Below, in pieces: positions 25,017 to 36,450 of a stretch of 64,000 bases of DNA. This DNA is from Squalus acanthias (taxonomy: Eukaryota), in NCBI GenBank assembly GCA_030390025.1, contig CM059435.1, forward strand, positions 14,818,001-14,882,000, read 5' to 3'. Made by a program: the position numbers and the translations under genes. A model generated the notes under the pieces. The model did no database searches. It saw nothing but the letters and a program-made list of their open reading frames with translations, and was not told where the DNA came from. How positions within the stretch are numbered: the first letter of the stretch is position 1; each line of letters starts with the position of its first letter.

Positions 25017-26510
25017 ACATAAGAACATAAGAAATAGGAGCAGGAGTAGGCCAATCGGCCCCTCGAGCCTGCTCCGCCATTCAATAAGATCATGGCTGAT
25101 CTGATCCTAACCGCCAATCTACTATCTATCACAGAACCATCTCCTGCATCTAACAGAATTGCACACACGAAATAGGAGCAGAATCAGGCTACACAGTCCC
25201 TGGGCCCGCTCCACTACCCACAGGGCCATGACCGAACCGAACCTAGACTCATGTCCAAATTCCTGCCCGCTCCCCGTAACCCTTAATGCCCTTTACTTCT
25301 AGGAAACTGTCTATTTCTGTTTTAAATTTAATTAATGTTGTAGCTTCTACAGCTTTTTGTGGCAGCATATTCCATGGACCTACCACCCTCTGAGTGAAGT
25401 AGTTCCTCCTCATCTCAGTTTTGAAAGAGCAGCCCCTTATTCTAAGACTATGTCCCCTAGTTCTCGTCTCACCCGTCATCGGGAACATCCTCCCCGCATC
25501 CACCCGATCCAACCCCTTCACAATCTTATATGTTTCAATAAGATCGCCTCTCATTCTTCCGAACTCCAATGAGTAGAGTCCCAATCTACCCAACCTCTCC
25601 TCATATGACCACCCCCTCATCCCCGGGATTAACCGAGTGAACCTTTTTTGCACTGCCTCGAGAGCAAGGATGTCTTTCCTTAAGTAAGGACACCAAAACT
25701 GTATGCAGTATTCCAGGTGCGGTCTCACCAATACCTTGTACAACTGAAGCAATACCTCCCTATTTTTATATTCTATCCCCCTAGCAATGAAAGCCAACAT
25801 TCCATTTGCCTTCTTAATCACTTGCTGCACCTGCATACTAACCTTTTGAGTTTCGTGCACCAGGACCCCCCAGATCCCTTTGCACTTCAGTACTCTCCAG
25901 TTTCTTGCCATTAAGATAATAAATTGCTCTAGGATTTTTCCTGCCAAAGTGCATCACCTCACACTTTCCAGTGTTGTATTCCATCTGCCAAATCTCTGCC
26001 CACTTACTTAGCCTGTCTATGTCCCCTTGCAGGTTTTTTATGTCCTCCTCACTCACTACTTTCCCTCCCATCTTTGTATCATCTGCAAATTTTGATATGT
26101 TACACTTGGTCCCTTCCTCCAAATCGTTAATATAGATTGTGAAGAGTTGGGGACCCAGCACTGACCCCTGTGGAACACCACTAGTTACTGATTGCCAGTC
26201 TGAGAATGAACCATTTATCCCAACTCTTTGCTTTCTGTTAGATAGCCAATCCTCTATCCATGCCAGAATATTACCCCCAATCCCGTGATTTTTTACCTTA
26301 AGCAATAATCTTTTGTGTGGCACCTTGTCAAATGCCTTTTGGAAGTCTAAATACACTACGTCCACTGGTTCCCCTTTATCCACTCTATATGTTACTTCCT
26401 CAAAGAACTCCAGCAAATTTGTCAAACATGACTTCCCCTTCGTAAAACCATGCTGACTTTGTCCTATTAAATTATGATTATCCAAATGTCCTGTTACTGT
26501 TTCCTTAATA
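25017..26510 (-). mobile_element. Young CR1 LINE, 5'-truncated, one frameshift in a C-run near 25870
   Basis: ORFs 25838-26485 (YLDFQKAFD, GVPQGSVLGP, FADD) and 25249-25947; near-identical to 59680-60869. Confidence 0.95.
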
Positions 26511-26662
26511 ATTTTCTATTTGAGTTTTCTAATTGGCTTCAGGTCTGTTGGGTGGGTTTCGGTCTGCATTAGCCATTTTTGATTTTGCTACCTGTTTGGT
26601 GTCAGTGAGATATGGGCCTAGAAATTGCTCTACGCAGCACCCATTTTCCGGGTGCTGCACGG

Positions 26663-29225
26663 ACTTAAAAGTAGATAAGTCACCAGGAGCGGATGGGATG
26701 CATCCTAGGATGCGGAGGGAATTGAGGGAGGAAATCGCGGAGGTACTGGCCATAGTATTCCAATCCTTCTTGGATATGGGGGTGGTGCCAGAGGACTGGA
26801 GAATTGCAAGTGTTACACCATTATTCAAAAAAGGGTGTAAAAGTAAACCCAGCAACTACAGGCTAGTCAGTTTGACCTCGGTAATGGGGAAGCTTTTAGA
26901 AACAGTAATCAGGGACAAAATTAACAGTCACTTGGATAAGTGTGGATTAATTAAGGAAAGCCAGCATGGATTTGTTAAAGGCATATCGTATTTAACTAAC
27001 TTGATCGAGTTCTTTGATGAGGTAACAGAGAGGGTTGATGAGGGTAATGCAGTTGACGTAGTGTACATGGATTTCCAAAAGGCGTTCGACAAAGTGCCAC
27101 ATAATGGGCTTGCCAGCAAAGTTGAAGCCCATGGAATAAAAGGGACAGTGGCAGCATGGATACGGAATTGGCTAAGTGACAGGAAACAGAGTAGTGGTGA
27201 ACGGTTGTTTTTCGACTGGAGGAAGGTATACAGTGGTGTTCCCCAGGGGTCAGTTCTAGGACCACTGCTTTTCTTGATATATATTAATGACTTGCATGTG
27301 GGTGTACAGGGCACAATTTCAAAATTTGCAGATGACACAAAACTTGGATGTATAGTGAACAGTGAGGAGGAGAGTGATAGACTTCAGGAAGACATAAACA
27401 GGCTGGTGAAATGGGCGACAACGTGGCAGATGAAATTTAACGCAGAAAAGTGTGAAGTGATACATTTTGGTAGAAAGAATGAGGAGAGGAAATATAAACT
27501 AAATGGTACAATCCTAAAGGGGCTGCACGAACACAGAGACCTGGGGGTATGTGTACACAAATCGGTGAAGGTGGCAGGGCAGGTTGAGAAAGCAGTTAAA
27601 AAGGCTTACGCAATCTTGGGCTTCATGAATAGAGGTATAGAGTACAAACGTGTGGAAATTACGATGAACCTGTATAAAACACTGGTTCGGCCCCAACTGG
27701 AGTACTGTGTCCAATTCTGGGCACCACACTTTAGGAAGGATGTGAAGGCCTTAGAGAGGGTGCAGGAAAGATTTACGAGAATGATTCCAGGAATGAGGGA
27801 CTTCAGTTACGTTGATAGATTGGAAAAGCTGGGGTTGTTCTCCTTGGAGCAGAGAAGATTGAGAGGAGATTTGATAGAGGTGTTCAAAATCATGAGGGGT
27901 CTGGACAGAGTAGATAGAGGGTAAACTGTTCCCATTGGCAGAAGGGTCGAGAACCAGAGGACACAGATTTTAAGGTGATTGGCAAAAGAACTAAATACGA
28001 CGTAAGAAAAATTTTTTTTACACAGCGAGTGGTTAAGATCTGGAATGCACTGTCTGAAAGAGCGTTGGTGCGATGACACAGCCTTGCTTGACCCCAGTCC
28101 GTACGTGAATTGGGACTGTGGTGGATCCGTTGGTCAGGATCACGGCTTGCGTGTCGTCGTGAAGCAGGCGGAGAATGGTGACAAACTTTTGAGGGCAGCC
28201 AAATTTGAGGAGGACACTCCATAATCCCTCACGGTTGACAGTGTCGAAGGCCTTTGATGACGAAGTCCAACACCGCCTTCAGTGTGCCAGTGCAGCCTTC
28301 AGTCGCCTGAGGAAGAGAGTGTTTGAAGACCAGGATCTCAAACCTAGCACCAAGCTCATGGTCTACAGAGCAGTAGTGATACCCGCCCTCCTGTATACTT
28401 CAGAGACATGGACCATGTGCAGCAGGCACCTCAAAGCACTGGAGAGGTACCACCAACGCTGCCTCCTCAAGATCCTGCAAATCCATTGGCAGGATAGGCG
28501 CACCAATGTCAGTGTTCTCGCTCAGGCCAACATCCCCAGCATCGAAGCTTTGACCACGTTTGATCAGCTCCGATGGACTGGCCACATCGTCTGCATGCCC
28601 GATACGAGACTCCCAAAACAAGCGCTCTACTCGGAGCTCCGACACGGCAAGAGAGCCCCAGGTGGGCAGAGGAAACGCTTCAAGGACACCCTCAAAGCCT
28701 CCTTGGAAAAAGTGTAACCTCCCCACTGACACCTGGGAATCCCTGGCCCAAGACCGCACAAAGTGGAGGAGAAGCATCTGGGAAGGTGCCGAACACCTCG
28801 CGTCTCTTCGCCGGGAGCAAGCAGAAGCCAAGCGCAAACAGCGGAAGGAGCGCACGTCAACCCAAGCACCTCACCCACCCGCCCCTTCAACCACCATCTG
28901 CCCCACCTCTGACAGAGACTGTAGGTCCCGCATTGGACTCAGCAGTCACCTGAGAACTCATTTTTAATGTGGAAGCAAGTCATCCTCTGTTCCGAGGGAC
29001 TGCCTAAGAAGAAGAAGAAGAAGACTGCCTGAAAGGGTGGTGGAGGCAGATTCAATCACGGCTTTCAAAAGGGAGTTGGATAAGGACCTGAAGGAAAGAA
29101 ATTTGCAGGGCTTCGGGGAAAGGGCGGGGGAGTGGGACTAGCTGATGTGCTCTTGCAGAGAGCCGGCACGGGCTCGACGGGCCGAATGGCCACCTTCCAT
29201 GCTGTAACCATTCTATGATTCGATG
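26663..29225 (+). mobile_element. CR1 LINE (RT and 3'UTR) split by an RTE at 28061-29023
   Basis: ORF 26533-27924 (KSPGADG, YMDFQKAFD, PQGSVLGP, FADD, LEYCVQFW); CR1 resumes at 29036 and ends in ttctatgattc tail. Confidence 0.93.
28061..29023 (+). mobile_element. RTE-clade LINE, 5'-inverted and truncated
   Basis: 28255-29023 is the plus-strand RTE C-terminus with (AAG)n tail; 28061-28253 is RT sequence in the opposite orientation; 12-bp TSD ACTG(T/C)CTGAAAG. Confidence 0.92.
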
Positions 29226-29658
29226 ACTACTAAGGCCCCAAAATGGCGGGCAGGATTTATGCGCACATTTCCGTCCGGATGTACGCCGCCTGCCATATTG
29301 GGAAAGGAAAGAAATAGGAGTCCTTTGCCCACATCTGAAGCAGCCATTGAACCCTTTGCATATGCAAATAAGGGGCCTAACGCCTGCTTGTGGCCCCTCT
29401 CCAAGATTGGTTTTCTGTGAGGCAACCAGCGCCATCACAGGTTGTTTCTCTGGGAAACTAGCCTTAGACATCGTATACAACAAAAAAGGTAAGTAACTTA
29501 CCTGAATGTAGCACCGGAAGGAGCAGGAGTACACTTCCCGACCCCACCTTAAAGGAGAAGATTCAACTCTTTCCCCGCCCCGGCCTCCTTGGGGAGGGGG
29601 GGGGCGGGGCGATCGGGGTCAAAATTGGCCCAATTTCAAGGCCATAATCTTTTGAACT

Positions 29659-31808
29659 TTCTTCTCTTAGGCAGTCCCTCTGAACCGAGGATGACTTGCT
29701 TCCACATTAAAAATTAGTTCTCAGGTGACTGATGAGTCTAATGTGGGACCTACAGTCTCTGTCACAGGTGGGGCAGATGGTGGTTGAAAGGGCGGGTGGG
29801 TGGGGTGCTTGGGTTGATGTGCGCTGCTTGCGCTTGGCTTCCGCTTGCTCCCGACGAAGAGACTCGAGGTGTTCAGCGCCTTCCCGGATGCTTTTCCTCC
29901 ACTTTGTGCGGTCTTGGGCCAGGGATTCCCAGGTGTCAGTGGGGATGTTGCACTTTTTCAGGGAGGCTTTGATGGTGTCCTTGAAGCGTTTCCTCTGCCC
30001 ACCTGGGGCTCTCTTGCCGTGTCGGAGCTCCGAGTAGAGCGCTTGTTTTGGGAGCCCCGTATCGGGCATGCGGACGTTGTGACCCGTCCATCGGAGCTGA
30101 TCGAGCGTGGTCAAAGCTTCGATGCTGGGGATGTTGGCCTGAGCGAGAACACTGATGTTGGTACGCCTATCCTGCCAATGGATTTGCAGGATCTTGAGGA
30201 GGCAGCATTGGTGGTACCTCTCCAGTGCTTTGAGGTGCCTGCTGTACATGGTCCAAGTCTCTGAGGCATACAGCAGGGCGGGTATCACTGCTGCTCTGTA
30301 GACCATCAGCTTAGTGCCGGGTTTGAGGTCCTGGTCTTCAAACACACTCTTCCTCAGGCGACCAAAGGCTGCACTGGCACACTGAAGGCAGTGTTGGACT
30401 TCATCATCGACGTCTGCCCTTGTTGACAGTAGGCTCCCGAGGTATGGAAAGTGGTTCACGTTGTCCAAGGCCTTGTCGTGAATTTTGATAATCGGTTGGC
30501 AGTACTTTGTGGCGGGGGCAGGTTGGTAGAGGACCTTTGTCTTACGGATGTTTAGTGTAAGGTCCATGCTCTCGCACGCTTTGGTGAAGGTGTTGACTAT
30601 GGTTTGGAGTTCGGCCTCCGAGTGAGCGCAGACGCAAATGTCGTCTGCATACTGTAATTCGATGACAGAGGATGGGACGACCTTGGATCTGGACTGGAGG
30701 CGACGGAGGTTGAACAGTTTCCTGTTTGTTCTGTAAATTAGCTCCACTCCAGCGGGGAGTTTACTGAGGGTGAGATGGAGCATTGCAGCAAGAAAGATCG
30801 AGAAGAGCGTTGGTGCGATGACACAGCCTTGCTTGACCCCGGTCCGTACGTGAATTGGGTCTGTGGTGGAACCGTTGGTCAGGATCACGGCTTGCATGTC
30901 GTTGTGAAGCAGACGGAGGATGGTGACAAACTTTTGAGGGCAGCCGAATTTGAGGAGGACACTCCATAATCCGTTACGGTTGACAGTGTCAAAGGCCTTT
31001 GTGAGATCAAAGAAGGCCATGTACAGCGGTTGGTGTTGTTCCCTGCGTTTCTCTTGTAATTGACGTGCGGTGAAGATCATGTCCATTGTGCCCCTTAGTG
31101 GGCGGAATCCGCATTGCGACTCTGGGAGGAGCTCTTCGGCCACTGGGAGAAGGCGATTGAGGAGGATTCTTGCGATGACTTTCCCTGTGGCAGACAGCAG
31201 GGAAACTCCTCTGTAATTACCGCAGTCGGACTAATCACCTTTCTTGAAGATGGTCACAATTACGGCGTCTCTGAGATTCCCTGGCATGCTCTCCTCCTTC
31301 CAGATAAGAGAAATGAGTTCATGAATTCGCGCCAGTAGTGCTTCTCCGCCATGCTTTAGTGCCTCGGCAGGGATTCCATCTGCTCCTGAGGCCTTGTTGT
31401 TCTTCATTTGTCGGATGGCCTTTTCAACCTCATGCCGGGCTGGGGTTGTGCTGAGATGGTGGCGGGTAGCTTGCTGCAGGATGGAGTTGAGGACACTCGC
31501 GTCGAAGACAGAGTCTCGGTTAAGGAGATCTTCGAAGTGCTCCTTCCAGCGGGCACTGACTGGTTCTCTGTCCTTGATGAGTACCTCTCCGTTCTTGGCC
31601 CGCAGTGGGGTAGGACCTTGGGTGCTTGGGCCTTGACTGCGCTAAAGAATCCACGCACGTCGTGGTTGTCGGCTAGCTGCTGGATCTCCTGCGCTTTCTC
31701 CACCCACCATCTGTTCTTTAGGTCGCAAGTTTTTTGTTGGACCTCAGCCTTCAGGCGTCTGTAGAGCTGCTTTCTTGCTCTTGAGTTGTGTTGCTGTTTC
31801 CAGATCAG
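29659..31808 (-). mobile_element. RTE-clade LINE, 5'-truncated, long intact RT ORF
   Basis: 478-aa ORF 29707-31143: LPESQCGFR, FFDLTKAFD, GVKQGCVIAP, YADD, YLGS, ALLYASETW, C-terminal CxxC..H finger. Confidence 0.95.
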
Positions 31809-33087
31809 GATAATGCTGCCATTCTGTGACATTGGTAATTTAGTGTGGGAAGCATGAGCATTAGCGCCGCACATTTGCAGTCAACTTTTGAAGTCGAAAC
31901 ATTTTAAATTTAGAAGCTGCCAAGGTAGCCTGGTGTCCAACCTTTGTAAATTTCCAACGTCACAGAAAAAGCAAACTAACATTAGAAATGTCTCCAATTC
32001 ATCTGAGGCTGGCAAGCAAAGCTGTGTGGAAGAGTTTATGCTTAAGCAGAACTTTACTTTTGCCAATTCAAGAGCAATGCCAACAAGAAATATTACTATG
32101 GCTGGCTATTTGCATCACACTTAAAATTGCTCCAGTTATTGTACCGCTTTATGTAGAATAACTGAGGCTTGACATGTACTGCCGCAGATATACAGGGCAC
32201 TGACCTTCCTCTTGCAGTCATATTCGGAATGGGCTGACCGCTGCATACATTATTGTTCTATCATTCCACTGTCTGCAGCCATATTAGGAGGGGGTCGGCT
32301 ACGCTGTGGATAATTGGGAATTAAAGGCTGAGATTGTAAAAGTGCCAGTTGTGAGCGCATACTAATCAAATGATCTGTGTCCTTGTACCTTTAAGCCACG
32401 TCCATCATTAGTTTGAGGTGTCTAAATTCAGTAAGGGGATACGGCCACATAGCTCTGGTCTGAGTTTTGCTTATCCTTGAACTTTTTCAAAATAATATTG
32501 ACGCTTGCTTTTTAAAGCCAAGGAAATTAAGTTTCTTTTAACCTGTTGGTGGGGGTGGGGGAGAGGGGGAGAGAGGTGGTGGCTGAGGGAAGGAAGAAGA
32601 AGCACAAACTACAAACTGTAAAATCTGGTATGTTTCTACACCTTTTAAGTTTAGGGGATTGACTTGCACGCCAGGTTTTATTGTATGTGCAATTGGCAGA
32701 TAAAATGCGATTGTTTATTTTGGTAGTTATCATATCCATCGTTGCATTTCACTATTTTATCTGATTGCTGTGCCCCTCGCTTTCTGATTGATCGAAAAGT
32801 GATCAAAGAGAAAAGACAATTGTAACAGTTACAGAGTGGGGGTCCAGTATTGTAGCACAGTGTGTGGGAGATTGGGGCAGTAGCAGGTACATTGCAGGCA
32901 TCCAATTTAAGTGGTAGTTGCAGGAGGTCAATGAGCTGCAGCAAACATATTCCAGATGCCTCGACAGAAGTGGTCTTGATTGAAGAAAATGTGCCTTTTG
33001 CATTTGGAATTTTGCCAAATTGTGGATTGTGCTATTTAAATCGAGGATTAATTCACAGGCACTTAAATTCTGTTTTCTCACCCACAG

Positions 33088-33233
33088 ACCATGCCAGTTG
33101 TGGTGAATCCAGCAGTTGGAGCAGTCAACGTGCAACCAGAAGCCCAGTGCGCCCAGACCACAATGCCTGTCCAAGCCCGCAGAGCCTGAAAGCCCCAGTT
33201 CTTGTGGAAGGACGTTTGAAAAAGAAGGCGTAA
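33088..33233 (+). CDS. ZMYND8: ZMYND8 last coding exon; stop at 33189 (phase-0 frame) or 33233 (+1 frame)
   Basis: tgttttctcacccacag|ACC acceptor; phase 0 TMPVVVNPAVGAV..TTMPVQARRA*; +1 frame (D)HASCGESSSWSS..RPDHN..SL..EGRLKKKA* resembles recalled human DHSRSNKSSWSS..RSDHN..SL..ESRL. Confidence 0.85.
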
Positions 33234-34080
33234 TGGAGCAAGACTTTGCATGGGGATCTGTGAATACTGCCCTAGCTCTCCAGTCCTGAATGGACAAATT
33301 CATCGCTTATCTGCTTTGTACATAATTTACAAAGCTCTCGCGACACTACATTCTTGCCTAGCATTAAAAAAAAAACAAAAAAAAACTCCAAGCTGAAGTC
33401 TTCAGAATATGATCACAACTTGCAAGCCTTTCATCTTTTATAGAACTTGTCAATTCTAAAGCTTCATCCCCATTGTATTTTCCTTTAATGTGACTTAATG
33501 GAAGATTCTAGACTCTAGTTTCTGAAAACGTAGTGAATTGGGGAACGTATACAGCATGCAACAAAAACAAGCCTTTTAGTAGTTGGACCACAGCATATAA
33601 TATTTATATGTAGGAGTCTGTGAAACCCAGTGACGTAAAAAGCATGAAATGGGGGGGGATGTCTTGGCATTTCTAATGAAGGAGTACAAAGTGGGGAGGT
33701 ACATCTCGCTGCTCATTATTTCTCTTCTCCCCGTGTTAGCAATCGTTTGCTCTTGGTGTGTCTGAACACAAGGAGTTTGTGTGTATATGAGATGATCCTT
33801 TCTGTGTTCAGAATGATTCCAGTGCTTTTCTGATGTGTATATTTTTGTTTTTTATTTTTCATCCTGGTTTATATAATAAGCAGTTTGTACAGTTTTCAAC
33901 CAGTAAATGTTATTAAAATAAAAAGTAGAAAAAAAATTGACACTATAGTAAACTTACCATTGTTTTTGAGAACATGACTTGCTAGCCTAACTTGTGAAAC
34001 AGGATTGCTTTTAGCATATGGAGGTATTTTTTCACATTTCTTTGTACAAAGTTTATATTAAAAATAGAAAAAAACAATGA
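33234..34080 (+). other. ZMYND8: ZMYND8 3'UTR
   Basis: Repeat-free AU-rich stretch after the stops; TGTACATA (Pumilio-type element) at 33317-33324; ends at poly(A) signals. Confidence 0.75.
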
Positions 34081-34131
34081 CTTGTGTCTCTTTTCTGTTG
34101 CTGCCTCGTTGGTATTTTATGAAACAATAAA
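33912..34131 (+). terminator. Candidate polyadenylation signals
   Basis: ATTAAA/AATAAA at 33912-33922; TGTA then ATTAAA at 34057-34062 with a GU/U-rich tract from ~34080; AATAAA near 34126. Confidence 0.65.
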
Positions 34132-34199
34132 TACCTGGTGGCACGGTAGCAAAGTACATTGGTGCTGAACTGAACTGAGCTGTGGTACGGAAAAAGAAA

Positions 34200-34630
34200 A
34201 AGAAAGACTTGCATTTATACAGCGTCTTTCACGACCTCAGGACGTCCCAAAGCGCTTTACAGCCAATGAAGTACTATTTGAAGTGTTGTAATGTAGGAAA
34301 TTTACGCACAGCAAGCTCCCACAAACAGCAATGTGATAATGACCACATAATCTGTTTTTAATGATTGAGGGATAAATATTGGTCAGGACACCGGGAATAA
34401 CTCCCCTGCTCTTCTTCAAAATAGTGCCATGGGATATTTTACGTCCACCTGAGAGAGCAGATGGGGCCTCGGTTTGACATTTCAACTGAAAGACAGCACC
34501 TCCGATAATGCAGCACTCCCTCAGCACTCAGTGTCAGCCTAGATTTTTGTACTCAAGTCTCTGGAGTGTGACTTGAACCCACGACCTTCTGACTCAGGCA
34601 AGAGTGCTACCAACTGAGCCACAGCTGACA
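34200..34630 (-). mobile_element. DeuSINE (SacSINE1-like), near full length
   Basis: Reverse complement of the 37587-38056 element, including head and tail. Confidence 0.9.
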
Positions 34631-35607
34631 CAACACTGAGTGGAAAATTGTGCATTTGTGCTCCTGGTTTTTTAATGTACAGGCGTCTTGCTCTGCTATG
34701 CAGAGTGGAGACTGTGTGTTTCACCACTGGGAAAGTTGGAAGATGAGACGGGAGTTTTCTCGTGTTAAGTGTCCATCTGATGTTTTGCAGCTGGAGTTAA
34801 GAGGCAGAATTTACAATTGAACTCACTGGGGAGTTCAGAAAAAGCGTACCATTTCACACTTGGGCTGTATCACCATCAAGTGGACATTGTGAGTTCATAA
34901 GCCAGGAGTCTGTACTTAGTTAAAAAAACTAAAGGCTCACAGCAAATACGACAGCTAAATGTGTAATGTGACTTGGTTAACACACGGTGGGGCTGTTGCT
35001 TTAAAAAAAATTAATGCTTGCCCAAACCAGCTAATTTTTCAATTTTTGTAAATAGAAATACTAAATACTTTTTTTTTGTAAGACATTTGCAGGAGTTTAT
35101 ACAGATAAAATAACTTATAACTTTGCTCTCAGCCTGGCAAATGTTTGGGGATGGTGGGGTTGGGTGAAATTCAGCTATTTTATTATCAACCCTACATGTA
35201 ACGGGGCTCCATCCTCCATGAGCAGGAGCGGCTGATTTGTCTACGAATGAACTAAGATAAAGATTCTCTTGTAATGTAAAGCTTGTTGAATGTTATAATG
35301 GGATCTATCTCTACAGCCAGTGATTGAGATGGAGGAAAGGAAAAATCTGCATCATTCACCAAATTTTTTTTTTGTCTCGAACACCCAAGGAAAATGGATG
35401 AATTGGGGAAAAAATGGATTGGAAAAAAAGTTTAATTTGAATGCCTCTTGCATCCTTTTTAGTGAGAACAAATGCCACCTATCTCGAAGGTTCAAAAGCT
35501 ATTAAACATACCATTTCAGCTGCTGTACCTTAATGGTGGGCTACACAACTAGGCGGATAACACCGAAGCCCCATAAAACAGGGCCAGATGCACATTTTAT
35601 AAGGAAG

Positions 35608-35773
35608 AGTCAGCAGGTCAGGCAGCATCTGTGGTGCGAGAAACAAGAGTTAACGATTCAGGTCAATGACCTTTCTTCATCGACCTGAAACGTTAACTCT
35701 GTTTCTCTCTCCACAGATGCTGCCTGACTTGCTGAGTGTTTCCAGCATTTTCTGTTTTTATTTCAGATTTCCA
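35608..35773. mobile_element. Penelope-like inverted terminal repeat
   Basis: ~60-bp inverted arms around cctttct; contains GACCT-GAAA-CGTT-AACT, the 3' half of a hammerhead motif. Confidence 0.75.
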
Positions 35774-36450
35774 GGGGCTAATTTTAACCCCCAAGAACAG
35801 GTGCATTTGGGCCAAGTGAGAAGTTAAAATTTCAAACAGACTCCAACCTGCCTACTTCCGGTTTAAATGGAGGCAGGACAGGGGGGGTGGGTGACCAATC
35901 CGCTCTCAGGAGGCTGGTTGGTAAAACCTTTTAAGGAGACCATGTGCCTCCATTTTTATAGGATTTTTATTTTTAACCTATTTCGGCCGGGTTTCCCAGG
36001 CTTTTGGAAACCCGGCAGGTAAATGGAGGTGAGAAGGGCTGGATCTATGAGTTAAGTGCCTTTACAGCACTACTTGTGGGCCAGGAGGAGCAGGAGTGCT
36101 TACCCCGCCCACCAGACCAACAAGCTTACCTGCTTCCAGCTCCACAACCACACCCCCCCCCCCCCCCCAACAATTTCTTCTTTTTCCCCCCCCCCACTCC
36201 GACCGCAATCTCTTCCTCCCGACCACGATCTCTCTTCATGCCCTGCCTCCGAACGCAGTCTCCCCCCCCTCCCACCCTACCTGCTCTCTGCTCCTCTGTC
36301 AAGCAGGCTGGCTGGTGGGTGGGAAACCTACAGAAAGAATTTAAAAGACGTCCGGCAGTTAATACCTGCAGGACGTCCGGGAAACCCAAACTTACGGGTT
36401 TCCCATCCAGAACTACATCCGCCAGTCCCCTGTAAATATTGGGGCCCCAG
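35774..36450. mobile_element. GC-rich MITE-like element
   Basis: GGGGCTAATTTT start and ..GGCCCC end; internal GGGTTTCCC/GGGAAACCC palindromes; termini degenerate. Confidence 0.45.

Larger units (their letters stand above)
26614..29644. mobile_element. Harbinger-like MITE hosting nested CR1 and RTE insertions
   Basis: TIRs GGGCCTAGAAATTG (26614) / CAATTTCAAGGCCA (29644); flanks TAT and TAA; own sequence at 26614-26662 and ~29230-29644. Confidence 0.65.

Noticed and set aside
26533-26662. N-terminal extension of the 463-aa ORF
   Set aside because: Chance read-through from flank and MITE sequence into the CR1 frame; the same applies to 60870-60975
32803-33303. 166-aa minus-strand ORF over the last exon
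   Set aside because: Antisense shadow with no domain; the plus ORF upstream of 33088 is intronic
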